This document shows, piece after piece, positions 10,441 through 20,391 of a stretch of DNA of 64,000 nucleotides; the stretch's first letter is position 1; every line of letters begins with the position of its first letter. The notes below the pieces were generated by a model. The model had not been told where the DNA came from. It saw only the letters and a program-made list of their open reading frames with translations, and made no database searches. A program made the position numbers and the translations under genes. Source of the stretch: an uncultured delta proteobacterium (GTDB lineage Bacteria; Desulfobacterota; Desulfobacteria; Desulfobacterales; UBA2156); assembly GCA_963736855.1 (NCBI GenBank), contig CAVTQK010000023.1:32001-96000 (forward strand), given 5' to 3'.

Positions 10441-10846
10441 CTACCGCTTTTCACTTCTTATTTCTTTCAGCGTTTCATAGGCCGCCTGGATTTCCTTGAA
10501 TCGCTTTTCGGCCATTGTCTTGAACTCTTCTCCCAGGTGATTCACCTTGTCGGGATGGTATTTGTTTGCCAGCTCCCGGTAGGCCTTTTTAACCTCATCC
10601 AAAGATGCGTCCGGTCTTACCCCCAATATCGAGTAAGGGTCATCGGCCCGGCTTTCGGGTTCTGCGCGGGCCTCCTCTTTTCTCTCGTATGAATCCGTCC
10701 CTATTCCGCTGCTTGTAAAGATAACACCATAAAAGCCCCAGGATGGCAATATCATCCAGCCATCCCCATCCGGCAATAAGATCCGGAAGCACGTCATAGG
10801 GAGAGAGGGCATACAAAACAGCCATGAGTATCAGGATGGTCTTCAT
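10441..10846 (-). pseudogene. DUF1232 (YkvA)-DnaJ fusion protein, single-base frameshift
   Basis: Frame 1 gives [18 protein letters not shown] (DUF1232); frame 2 gives DPYSILG...YHPD J-domain; removing one base of the C3 run at 10699-10701 joins them (..[14 protein letters not shown]..). Could be a sequencing error. Confidence 0.75.
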
Positions 10847-10902
10847 GCCTCATTCCATGGCAGCCGTCGCATCGAAGAGTCGCTTCTTTTGGAAGTCCTT
10901 GT

Positions 10903-12270
10903 GTGCCATTTGCGCCCCATGCTATGAAGCATAACCCCTTTTTCAATCAAAAGGCCACCGAAATGGAACAAAACCCAAAGAAAAAATCGACGCTGTCGAT
11001 ACAAGAGCGCTCCTGGATTCTATATGATGTGGCCAATTCATCTTTCATTCTGATCCTCGTCACCACAGTGATGCCCATTTTTTTCAAGGACGTGGCATCC
11101 AAAGGGGTCCCCTCCTCCATTTCCACTTCATATTGGGGTTTTGCTGTTTCTCTTTCCTCACTGATCCTGGCCGTCACGGCACCGATCCTTGGCGCGCTGG
11201 CCGATTACCGACAGATGAAAAAGCGGTTCTTTACCGGATTTCTTCTTTTTGGAATCGGTCTGACCCTCTTATTGATGATCATCGACGAAGGGGACTGGTT
11301 CAAGTGTTTGTTCCTCTTCGTCGTAACTAAAATCGCCTATTCGGGCACCCTTCTTTTTTACGACGCCTTTCTGGTGGACGTGACGACTAAAGATCGTATG
11401 GACCGGATTTCTTCCGCCGGTTTTGCCTGGGGATACATCGGCGGAACGGTTCCCTTTTTAGCGGTGATCGGCATTATTTTCATGACGATTCCCACCGAGG
11501 GCCAGTCCACAATTTCCACTGTTTCCGTAAAGGCCGCTTTTTTGATCGTGGCGCTGTGGTGGGGATTTTTTTCGATCCCCATGTTGAGACATGTCCGCCA
11601 GGTCCATTATCTCCCCTCTTCGGATGCCCCTTTCCGTGAAAGCTTTTTACGCCTTTTCACTACCTTGAGGGAAATTCGCAAGCACAAAAATGCTTTCTTG
11701 TTTCTTGGAGCGTACTTCTTTTACATCGACGGAGTGGATACCATCATCACCATGGCCACCGCCTATGGCCGCGATATCGGGTTGAGTGTCAGCGTGCTGA
11801 TTCTAGCGGTTCTGATGATTCAGATCGTGGCTTTCCCCTTTACGCTTCTCTATGGGCACCTTGCGGGCCGGTTTTCCACAAAACACCTTCTGTTTGCCGG
11901 GATTTTCATTTATATGGTCATCACGCTGCTGAGTTTTTTTCTTCCTATACTTCCCACAGCAAATCAGCGCATCGCCATGTTCTGGGTCCTGGCATTTTTG
12001 GTTGCAAGCTCTCAGGGTGGCATTCAGGCATTGAGCCGGTCTTATTTCGGAAAGCTGATCCCGTCAGCCCGATCCGCCGAATTTTTTGGTTTTTACAACG
12101 TCTTCGGCAAGTTCGCAACCATCATGGGCCCCTCTCTTATGGGACTGGTCAGCCGTCTGACGGGGCATTCCAGATACGGCGCATTGAGCATTCTCATTCT
12201 CTTTGCTTTCGGGGGATTGATTTTAACAAAGGTGAAACCGGCTGATCCGCAGGCAGCGTCACCAGGGTAA
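10903..12270 (+). CDS. MFS transporter, Atg22/UMF1 family
   Basis: WILYDVANS, FYDAFL, GFAWGYIGG, FFYIDGV, GGIQALSRS, EFFGFY motifs; about 12 TM segments; true start may be ATG 10963. Confidence 0.9.
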   Translation: MPFAPHAMKHNPFFNQKATEMEQNPKKKSTLSIQERSWILYDVANSSFILILVTTVMPIFFKDVASKGVPSSISTSYWGFAVSLSSLILAVTAPILGALADYRQMKKRFFTGFLLFGIGLTLLLMIIDEGDWFKCLFLFVVTKIAYSGTLLFYDAFLVDVTTKDRMDRISSAGFAWGYIGGTVPFLAVIGIIFMTIPTEGQSTISTVSVKAAFLIVALWWGFFSIPMLRHVRQVHYLPSSDAPFRESFLRLFTTLREIRKHKNAFLFLGAYFFYIDGVDTIITMATAYGRDIGLSVSVLILAVLMIQIVAFPFTLLYGHLAGRFSTKHLLFAGIFIYMVITLLSFFLPILPTANQRIAMFWVLAFLVASSQGGIQALSRSYFGKLIPSARSAEFFGFYNVFGKFATIMGPSLMGLVSRLTGHSRYGALSILILFAFGGLILTKVKPADPQAASPG

Positions 12271-12482
12271 TAAATTTCTTTCGAAAAGACTCGATACTGA
12301 AATGAGGTTTATCCCGTGGATGCTTCCTTTTGGAAGAAACCGGTCGAAGTTGAATCAGCCTGCCTACACGTTTTACATAGACAGATGAGCTATGCTTAAA
12401 TAGGCCGGAATTTCATCAACATGCCGATAAAATTACGTTGACAGCGCTTTCTCCTTCGAATAATTGAAAGTTGATCAATTTT

Positions 12483-12831
12483 GATGAAATCGTAAAAAGG
12501 CTGATTTTTCTCGCGCCGCAAGTCTTTTCGGAAGATCCAAAGGGTTTCGCTAAATCTCAAGAACTCGGCACAAGTGCCTCAAACAGCTTGAGATTTTTAA
12601 CACTCATCCCTTTGCCTCTTTTTTTCCGAAAAGACTTGAATGGCGCTCACAAAACCTTTTTACGAAGCCATCAATTTTGATGAAATCGTAAAAACTCAAA
12701 ATTGGGATGGCAAAGTAAAAAGCTTCAGATACAAGGCGCGCAAATCCTGAGGAATGAGGCGTACATATGAGTACGCCGCAATGACGAAGGATGCAGTGCA
12801 ACGCAGCAGATGGACTTTTTACGAAGCCATC
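12483..12831 (-). mobile_element. Tandem MITE pair (type C 12483-12672 + type A 12679-12831)
   Basis: Reverse complements of the 6486 and 1420 elements; AATTTT occurs at 12477-12482, 12673-12678 and 12832-12837, i.e. two insertions into the same target. Confidence 0.88.
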
Positions 12832-13016
12832 AATTTTGTCAACTGCAGGTTCCCCTATTTTAGGGTGTAGATGATGGAAAAACATAATTCATACCCGCAG
12901 TTAATCCGTCCACAAAAAATGCGAGTTAATATCCGTTAGGACCGGAATAGGCTTTTTCAGTTTAGCAGACACGTTGAGTGATGCCTTGAAGTGAGATCAG
13001 GGCGTGGATTGTAACC

Positions 13017-14012
13017 TTGCGACAACTTCCGGAGAGCGAGAATGGCGAAGTGGACAATCCCAAGGTCATGAGACCGGGTCTCCAAGAAGGGCCGGAAAGC
13101 CTTTATGCCGAAGCCTTCGGACTCAAGGATGCCCCGTTCAGACTCACCCCTGATCCGAATTACCTCTATCTCTCCGACTCCCATCTGAGCACGTATGAAA
13201 AACTGATTTACGGGATCAAGGCAGGAGCCGGTTTCATCCTCGTGACCGGGGAGGTGGGTTCGGGAAAAACCACTGTGTGCCGATATCTGCTTCGGGAGAT
13301 AGAAGGAGGGACGGATGTGGCCTATGTCATCAATCCCGGTCTTTCTTTCCCGGAACTCATGGGGACGATACTGGACGATTTGGGAATCTCCTGCGCGGAT
13401 CACCTGAGCAAAAAAGAACTCTTGAGTATCTTCAGCCGGTATCTTTTTGAAAAGACGGAAAATATAAAAACGGTGGTGCTCATCGACGATGCCCAGGTCT
13501 TACCCGTTGAGACCCTTGAGGATCTCCGGCTCCTCTCCAACCTTGAGACGGATAAGGAGAAGCTGGTACAGATCGTCCTTGTGGGACAACCGGAATTGCT
13601 TGAAACCCTCAAACTTCCCGGATTGAGGCAACTGAGGCAGCGGATCGCCATCTGGTGCGAACTCATCCCTTTGAAGCAGGAGGAACTCTCCGAGTATATA
13701 TATCTCAGGCTTCAAAGGGCTGGAAATCAAGGACAGGTGAGATTCAGCCCTTCTGCCGTCAAAGAGGTTGCAAAGATTACCGGAGGCCTTCCTCGTTTGA
13801 CCAATCTGGTCTGCGACGCGGCGCTCTTGGCCGCTTATGTGGACGGTCAGAGAATCGTTAAAGTCGCCCATGTCAGGAGGGCACGGGAGGAGGCACGCCT
13901 GGATCGTTATGGAATCGGTTCGTTTTTCCGCGCAAAGCCTTGGGCTCTGGCAGGAGTCGGCCTGATAATTGTTTTACTGATCGGATGGGCATATTTTACT
14001 CCGCTTTGGTAA
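13017..14012 (+). CDS. ExeA/GspA/MshM-family AAA ATPase
   Basis: FGLKDAPFRLTPDP, TGEVGSGKTT, LIDDAQ, LVGQPEL, GGLPR; C-terminal TM anchor. Confidence 0.9.
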   Translation: MRQLPESENGEVDNPKVMRPGLQEGPESLYAEAFGLKDAPFRLTPDPNYLYLSDSHLSTYEKLIYGIKAGAGFILVTGEVGSGKTTVCRYLLREIEGGTDVAYVINPGLSFPELMGTILDDLGISCADHLSKKELLSIFSRYLFEKTENIKTVVLIDDAQVLPVETLEDLRLLSNLETDKEKLVQIVLVGQPELLETLKLPGLRQLRQRIAIWCELIPLKQEELSEYIYLRLQRAGNQGQVRFSPSAVKEVAKITGGLPRLTNLVCDAALLAAYVDGQRIVKVAHVRRAREEARLDRYGIGSFFRAKPWALAGVGLIIVLLIGWAYFTPLW

Positions 14013-14056
14013 AGCCCGTCGGTAATCAGGGATTGAATTTCTAAAGGGGAAGACTA

Positions 14057-15337
14057 GTGAGCATCCTGCACGAGGCCCTGCAAAAAAGAAAACAGAAAGA
14101 GGCGGCCAAAGCGCCGCTAAGCCCTTTGCCTGACTCGCGGAGGGCGCAAAGACGGCGTTGGATCTTCATCTCGGCAGCGGGTGCCGCAGCGACTTCGATC
14201 CTGGCCTTGTTCTTCTTCTACGGTGTGTGGAAGGAGTCTAGGGCGCCAAAGTTGACCGTGGATCTCTCCACCCCTTTGCCTCAAGTTACCCCGCTTCAGG
14301 AACCTAAGGAGGCTCCGGCGGGAAACCGGGAGGCTCTCTCTGGGAACGATCACCCTATCGAAGAAAAAAGGGAAGCATCAGCAAAGGATGGTTCTCAAAA
14401 TTCTGAAAACGGTCCCCCTGCTTCCGGGACCGCTTTTTCCCCGCAAAAAACGCCCCCTCCCATCGAATCCAAGCCCCCGGTGAGGGAAAAACCCGAGCCA
14501 ACACATAGTACCAAACCCCGGACCGACTCCACGACCTCGAAGATTCCCAAAGAAACAACGGGCCGGAGTCCGACCGGGGCTATGGCACAATCATCGCGCG
14601 GACCGGGTGCAGGATCTGAGCAAGGACCGGCACTTCCGGATTCTTCTGCGACGCCATCGGCCGGTGAAATCCCTGAAAAGAGGGTCAGTAAAGCCCCGAA
14701 TCTAGACAAGACCCCGGCCGTCGAAGCCTTCCTGGAGGTCGCTAATCGTTACCTGAAGGAGAACAGGCCCGACATGGCGCTTTCCATCTATGACCAGATC
14801 GCAAGATCAGACACGGAAAATATTGACGCAGCCCTCGGGCAGGCGATAGCCTCCGGAATGAGTGGAAACTGGGCCCTGTGCAAAAATAGACTCGAGGCGC
14901 TCAGCCGGAAATATCCGGAAAACCCGAATGTGTGGCTCAATCTTGGCATGGCCTTCCTCCGGCTCAGCCAAACAGATGATGCCCTTGGCGCCCTCGAGAG
15001 GGCGGAGCGTAACGGTGCGGATCGATTCTGGGTCCTGTTTTATAGGGCCGGTGCCCTTAGGATTAAAGGAGACCTGGAAGGCGCCCTCTCCGCCTATCAA
15101 CTGGCTCATGAGATGCAGCCGGATCACCTGGAGCTCAAGTGGAACATGGCCCTCGCTCTTGACAGGGCAGGCCGTTACCGGGAAGCGGCTTCCCAATATC
15201 AGGCCCTTTTAAGCAAAAGCGAGCTTTCTCAGACGGATCGGATGGCATTAAGGCAAAGGCTGGAGCAATTGGAAAGCAGTACCTTTTTCCAGTCCGGTGA
15301 AAAGAAAGGCTTGCCGGAGGAGTCCAAGGAACGATGA
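14057..15337 (+). CDS. Membrane-anchored TPR protein (MshN/GspB-like)
   Basis: MSILHEALQK start, single TM, long Pro/Ser-rich linker, C-terminal TPR repeats. Confidence 0.75.
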   Translation: MSILHEALQKRKQKEAAKAPLSPLPDSRRAQRRRWIFISAAGAAATSILALFFFYGVWKESRAPKLTVDLSTPLPQVTPLQEPKEAPAGNREALSGNDHPIEEKREASAKDGSQNSENGPPASGTAFSPQKTPPPIESKPPVREKPEPTHSTKPRTDSTTSKIPKETTGRSPTGAMAQSSRGPGAGSEQGPALPDSSATPSAGEIPEKRVSKAPNLDKTPAVEAFLEVANRYLKENRPDMALSIYDQIARSDTENIDAALGQAIASGMSGNWALCKNRLEALSRKYPENPNVWLNLGMAFLRLSQTDDALGALERAERNGADRFWVLFYRAGALRIKGDLEGALSAYQLAHEMQPDHLELKWNMALALDRAGRYREAASQYQALLSKSELSQTDRMALRQRLEQLESSTFFQSGEKKGLPEESKER

Positions 15338-16987
15338 GGAAGAAACTCGGCGAAATATTGGTGGAGCTCGGCTATATCGGCTGGGATCAGATCCGGAAAG
15401 CCCTGGATGAAGGGAAGGGGACCGGGGAACTCATTGGGGATGTCCTGATCCGGCTGGGCTGGATCGGAGAAGAACAGCTCAACATCGCCCTGGCGGTGCA
15501 GTCCGGAGCACAACTTGTGGATGCCCGTTTTGTCAATGCCGCTCCGGAGGTTCTATCCCTGATTTCAGCAGAACTGGCCCGTCAGCACCTGCTCCTTCCC
15601 TATGCCCGCGAAGGGGATATTCTCAAGGTTGCCATGGCCAATCCCTACGATGTTATCGCCCGCGACAGGTTGCAGCAGAGTACGGGATTACAAATCCAGC
15701 CCCATATTGCCTCCCGGGAATGGCTGATCAAGGCCATCGACTTTTTCTACAAGACGGCTGCCACACTCGACCAGGAGGTTGCAGAGCTGATTTCCAAGGC
15801 CCGTGACCGGGGCACCTTGGGTGAAGAGGATGAAACCACCAACAGCAGGCTGGTAGAGCTCTTTATCGCAAAAGGGGTGATCACCGGGGCCAGCGATGTG
15901 CATTTCGAGCCGGATGAAAAGATCCTGAGAGTCTACTATCGTATCGACGGCGCCATGCACCAGGAGTACCTGATGCCTCGGTACCTCCACGGGGGCATCA
16001 TCACCCGGATCAAGGTGCTGAGCGACATTCCCATCGGCGATCCCAACGTCCCCCACGACGGCCGCATGATTTTCCACACGGGAATCCAGCGGGTCGCCAT
16101 CCGCGTTTCCACGTTCCCCACCCAGTACGGGGAGGCAGGGGTATTGAGGCTGCTCCAGCGTGCAGAGGGGGTCGGGGAAATGGAAGCACTCGGTCTTACC
16201 GGTCAAGCCAAGGAACGCTTCAGGAAAGCCATCCATCGACCCTACGGCCTCATCCTCACCACAGGGCCCACCGGCTCCGGCAAGACCACCACCCTGTATA
16301 CGGTCCTGATGGAGATCAATACCCCCACCAATAATGTCATCACTATCGAGGATCCCATAGAATACGTGATTCCCACGGTCCGACAGGCTCCTGTGAATCC
16401 CAAGGCAGGGTTTACCTTCGCCACCGCTCTCCGAAGCGCCCTGCGTCAGGATCCCGATGTCATCATGGTGGGCGAAATCCGCGATCAGGAAACGGCATCC
16501 CTTGCACTCAGGGCCGCCATCACAGGGCACCTGGTTCTTTCCACCCTCCATACCAACGACGCTCCCAGCCGCCATTCACCGGCTGCTTGACCTGGGAATT
16601 GCCCCGACCATACTGGCCTCCGGGCTGGTGCTCATCATGGCCCAGCGGCTGGTGCGACGCCTCTGCCCCAACTGCAAGGAGGAGAAGGCCCCCGGGGAGA
16701 TGGCAAAGCAGGTGCTCCGGTTGCACGGATTCGACGAGAAGGCCGCGTTTATGGGCCCAAAGGGGTGTTCCGAGTGCCGCTGGAGCGGTTACAAGGGTCG
16801 AACCGGAATCTATGAGGTGCTGGAAATGTCGCCGGAGATCGAGGAAATGATCGTCGATCTTGCCCCGAGATCCCGAATCCTCGCCAAGGCCCTGGAGCAG
16901 GGGATGCGGCCGCTGCTCCTTGACGGACTGGAAAAAGCCTCCAAAGGCATCACCTCCCTGGAAGAGGTGCTCAGGGTGGCGGTGTAA
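15334..16987 (+). pseudogene. GspE/PilB/MshE assembly ATPase with a single-base frameshift
   Basis: MshEN-like N-terminus, ASDVH, GPTGSGKTTT, LRQDPD, HTND; an extra C at 16569/16570 (GCT CCC AGC C GCC ATT) separates the ..AIHRLLDLG..CPNC..CSEC..GRTGIYE C-terminus. Possibly an assembly error. Confidence 0.85.
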
Positions 16988-16988
16988 T

Positions 16989-18197
16989 ATGCCCGGATAC
17001 CGGTATCTCGCCCTGGACGCAGACGGTAAAAAACACCGGGGTGCCGTCACGGCACCCGACGAGAACCGGGCGGAGTTTTACCTGGGCCGATCCGGCCTCA
17101 CGGTTGTTCGGCTGCGTGAAGAAACGACCAGGCGTTTGGCCTTCAAGATTTCCCGGAAAGTCTCCCTGACGGATCTGGCAGGCCTTTATGACCGGCTCTC
17201 GGATACCCTTCAGGTGGGCCTTCCCCTCATTGCCAGCCTGGCGGAGAATGCAAAGCTCGTCAAGAACACCGCCCTTTCCCGGACGATCAACCATGTGAAA
17301 ACCCTTATCGAAGAGGGGAAGCTTTTCTCCGAGGCCATGGGACAACACCCGCGCATCTTCGACCGGTTTCAGGTCGCCGTCATCCACATGGGGGAAATTT
17401 CCGGAACGCTTCCCGGCGCGCTTCGCCAGCTTTCAGACCTTCTCACCTGGCGGGTGGAGCAGCGTTCTCAGCTCAAGCGGGGTCTCATCTATCCCATCTT
17501 CATCATGGGGGCCCTCACCATCGTAACGGCGGTATGGGTGGGATATGTACTTCCCAAGATGGCCAGTTTTTTAAAGAGTATGGACATTACGCTTCCCACC
17601 GTTACCCGAATCGTCATTCGGCTGTCGGACGTTTTCGCCGCCTATTGGCCCCTGTTCGCCGCCTTCCCGGTGGTGTCGGCACTTTTTATCGCCGCATGGG
17701 CGAAAACGGCCCGGGGCCGTTTTACCCTGGACCGGCTCATGCTGCGGCTGCCGTATATGGGTAAGATTCTGCGCAACGCCGTCGTCTCCAGGCTCAGCCT
17801 CAACTTCTCCATGATGTTCGAAGCCGGAATCACCATCGGGAGCATTTTCGAGATCCTGTCCGGCGGGGCGCTGGGAAACCGATTTATCGAACAAGACCTT
17901 AAGTTTGTTCACCAGAGGGTGCTCTCGGGGCAGAGTCTGTATGAGTCCTTCAGCGGAAGTCGGGAATACCCGGATCTCTTTTTGGGCGGCATTCGTTCGG
18001 GGGAGATGGCGGGAAAGCTGGGAGAGACATTCCGAAAGACCGGGGTTTACTACGATAAAGAAGTGAATCGATCCATCAAGGCCTTTGCGGCGGCCCTGGA
18101 ACCTGCCGCCATCGTTATCATGGGCGGGGTATTCGGCATCATTATCCTTGCCATATTGCTCCCCATCTATGATATTATTTCCAAAATCAAGGGGTAG
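16989..18197 (+). CDS. GspF/PilC/MshG inner-membrane platform protein
   Basis: MPGYRYLALD start, GEISGTL, LIYP, GEMAGKL, LEP...LLPIY; two T2SSF repeats. Confidence 0.92.
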   Translation: MPGYRYLALDADGKKHRGAVTAPDENRAEFYLGRSGLTVVRLREETTRRLAFKISRKVSLTDLAGLYDRLSDTLQVGLPLIASLAENAKLVKNTALSRTINHVKTLIEEGKLFSEAMGQHPRIFDRFQVAVIHMGEISGTLPGALRQLSDLLTWRVEQRSQLKRGLIYPIFIMGALTIVTAVWVGYVLPKMASFLKSMDITLPTVTRIVIRLSDVFAAYWPLFAAFPVVSALFIAAWAKTARGRFTLDRLMLRLPYMGKILRNAVVSRLSLNFSMMFEAGITIGSIFEILSGGALGNRFIEQDLKFVHQRVLSGQSLYESFSGSREYPDLFLGGIRSGEMAGKLGETFRKTGVYYDKEVNRSIKAFAAALEPAAIVIMGGVFGIIILAILLPIYDIISKIKG

Positions 18198-18220
18198 TTG
18201 TGTGATCCTCCCCCCGAACT

Positions 18221-19180
18221 CTAATCGGCTTGATAGACGAGACTCCCGGTACCCCCTCCGAAGATGGACTGGTCCAGGGTGTTCCCGGTTGCGGAATCGA
18301 CCACCTGGATCCATGATCCCTTTTCCACCATCAGAAGCGGCGTGGAGGCTCCATCAGGGGCATTGGAGATGTTCAACCAGCTTGTTCCGCTAAAGCTCTG
18401 ATTCACATTGAGGGGTTGTACGAACGGGGTTCCGGACTGATTGGTGACCACCAGGGTGCCGCACCCGGATTGGGCCAGGCGAAAAGGACTCGCATACTCC
18501 AGCAGATCGTCGAAATTGTCAGCAGGGGGTCTGCGCTCATAGACACCATTGGTGTCGGCATTCTCCCCGTCCCGCTGGTCGCCGGCGCCGTCACGATTTT
18601 CCGCGCCGCCGCTCAGGATAATGAACGGGACATTCACATTCTGGCCGTTGTCCTGAACCACCAGGATGCCCGAGGGCAGTGCGGCCAGTGTTTCGCAGCG
18701 TTGGGATCGCAGAGCGTCTGTGACTGAAGTATGTTCCGTAAACCGGGTGAGGGCGGCGTAATAGACGGGTCTCGCGGTCCCGTCGTTGGGGGGAACTCCC
18801 AGGACCGCAAAGGGCAAGGTGCCGTAAAGCACATTCCCCGCGCCTGACGAACAGTCGGGCTGTCCGTCACCATTGGTGTCCGGGCAGGGAAGGGCCTGGT
18901 GGGTATCCCAAAAGGAAAGAAGTGCATTCCGGTCTTCATCGAGTCGGGTACTGATCTGGTTTCGGATGCGGTCCTGGAAGTAGCTTCTGGCCAGGGGAAC
19001 GATGGCTCCCGCCATAAGGCCCACGATGGCAAGAACCACCGCCAGTTCGATAAGGGTCATCCCCGAGGAATCCCCAAGGGATCCTCCCCCTTTCTTATCG
19101 GGGCGGGAGTTTTGCCATGCATGGAAGAGGGGCTTCTCCGGACGGAAAATCCGGAGAAGCCCTGATCCCGTCAGTTTCAT
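18221..19180 (-). CDS. Minor pilin/pseudopilin (prepilin peptidase site)
   Basis: SSG|MTLIELAVVLAIVGLM class III signal; LPCPD and GTLPFAVLG motifs. Confidence 0.8.
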   Translation of the reverse strand: MKLTGSGLLRIFRPEKPLFHAWQNSRPDKKGGGSLGDSSGMTLIELAVVLAIVGLMAGAIVPLARSYFQDRIRNQISTRLDEDRNALLSFWDTHQALPCPDTNGDGQPDCSSGAGNVLYGTLPFAVLGVPPNDGTARPVYYAALTRFTEHTSVTDALRSQRCETLAALPSGILVVQDNGQNVNVPFIILSGGAENRDGAGDQRDGENADTNGVYERRPPADNFDDLLEYASPFRLAQSGCGTLVVTNQSGTPFVQPLNVNQSFSGTSWLNISNAPDGASTPLLMVEKGSWIQVVDSATGNTLDQSIFGGGTGSLVYQAD

Positions 19181-19204
19181 AAGGTTGCCGGCTTCTTGGA
19201 GCGA

Positions 19205-19756
19205 TTAAAATGAGATGAATTGGGTAACATTAGTATCAGGAGTATAATTTGCTGCCCGAACATCACCTGTTAGGGGTGCTCCGTCATCCATTTTTTGGTC
19301 CGTTGCCTGACCCACATCCGCCGGAACCAAAGTGGCCCCGAGCCTGTTACCCATTGCGGCAAGATAGGATACAGCAAATACACCATCAAAAGTATGTGCC
19401 GGCGCAGTAGTTCCCGTACCTGAAATAAGTTTGGCGCGCCTCAGATGGTCCCAGAAGTTGGTTATTTCGCCACCAGCAATCTGCCCATTCGCATTTCCAT
19501 TGACTGCACCCACCCAGCGAGTAGCGGCGGTGTTATCATCCCCCGGATAGAAGCCGTAGCGGTCAAAGTAAGCATAGTAGGCAGCGCGGATCCCGTCGAC
19601 ATCCGCCTGGTATCGCTTGATCTTGGAATTGTAGATCATCCCCTGCCCCTTGAGTACGCCGCCGATGAGAAGCCCGATGATCACCAGGACGATGGCGATT
19701 TCAATGAGGGTGAAACCGCGCTGATCTTTTGTTTTTTTCGAAAGCCACTTCATCAT
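19205..19756 (-). CDS. Probable major type IV pilin
   Basis: QRG|FTLIEIAIVLVIIGLL class III signal with E5; YPGDD and DQKMDDG motifs; strong RBS GGGGAGG; own sigma54 promoter. Confidence 0.85.
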   Translation of the reverse strand: MMKWLSKKTKDQRGFTLIEIAIVLVIIGLLIGGVLKGQGMIYNSKIKRYQADVDGIRAAYYAYFDRYGFYPGDDNTAATRWVGAVNGNANGQIAGGEITNFWDHLRRAKLISGTGTTAPAHTFDGVFAVSYLAAMGNRLGATLVPADVGQATDQKMDDGAPLTGDVRAANYTPDTNVTQFISF

Positions 19757-19782
19757 TTCTTGTTCCTCCCCTTTTTAAGGTT

Positions 19783-20129
19783 GATGGCTTCGTAAAAAGT
19801 CCAATTTCTGCGTTGCGCTTCATCCCGTTGCGATTTCGACGTACGATAAGTACGCCTCATCACACGGGATTCGCGACGCCTTGAACTTGAACTTTTTACT
19901 TTGCCATCTGATTTTCGACTTTTTACGATTTCATCAAAATTGATGGCTTCGTAAAAAGCTTTTGCAAGCGAGATTGGAGCATTTTCGGAAAAAGAGATGC
20001 GAACGGCTGAGCGTTAATAATTTCAAGCTGTTTGAGGCGCTTGCGCCGAGTTCTTGAAATTTGAGAAGCCGTGAGCATCTCCCGAAAATGATCACGAAGC
20101 GAGCAAAAATAGCTTTTTACGATTTCATC
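19783..20129 (+). mobile_element. Tandem MITE pair (type B 19783-19935 + type D 19942-20129)
   Basis: Both have GATGGCTTCGTAAAAAG...CTTTTTACGATTTCATC ends; junction hexamers are AAGGTT, AAAATT and AATTTT; interiors match the 5146 and 25875 elements. Confidence 0.88.
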
Positions 20130-20190
20130 AATTTTAAATCTTTAAATCGATCGGATTTTCAAAACCGATGTTTACAATATAGCTATATCA

Positions 20191-20207
20191 AGCAAAAAGC
20201 AGGCCAA
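20191..20207 (-). promoter_or_regulatory. Sigma54 (-24/-12) promoter of the pilin
   Basis: Minus strand TTGGCCTGCTTTTTGCT = GG-N10-GC; IHF-like AT tract near 20235-20255 and TGAC..TTTG(T)C enhancer-like repeats at 20322-20357 further upstream. Confidence 0.7.
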
Positions 20208-20391
20208 AATTTCAAATTTTTTAAAAAAACTACAACCTATTGAAATCCATGAAATTAATAAGAAAAATTTCCTTGCCCGGTTACTTGCCTTAAAGGGTCG
20301 GTATTAAATTATTTAATCTTTTGACAAAAATTTGCATTTTTGACGATAATTTGTCCCCCTAATTTCGGGCCGGGGGTGCCATCCATCTCGG

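Noticed and set aside
12477..12837. Repeat-spacer-repeat pattern suggesting CRISPR or integron attC arrays
   Set aside because: The units are inverted-end elements of 150-190 bp with recurring interiors, not direct repeats with unique spacers; no cas or integrase gene and no RYYYAAC/GTTRRRY cassette structure.
19205..19756. Aromatic-rich pilin as a conductive e-pilin
   Set aside because: About 19 F/W/Y in 169 mature residues by hand count, but with a ~39-residue aromatic-free gap; it is not the short Geobacter PilA type, and the criterion itself is disputed.
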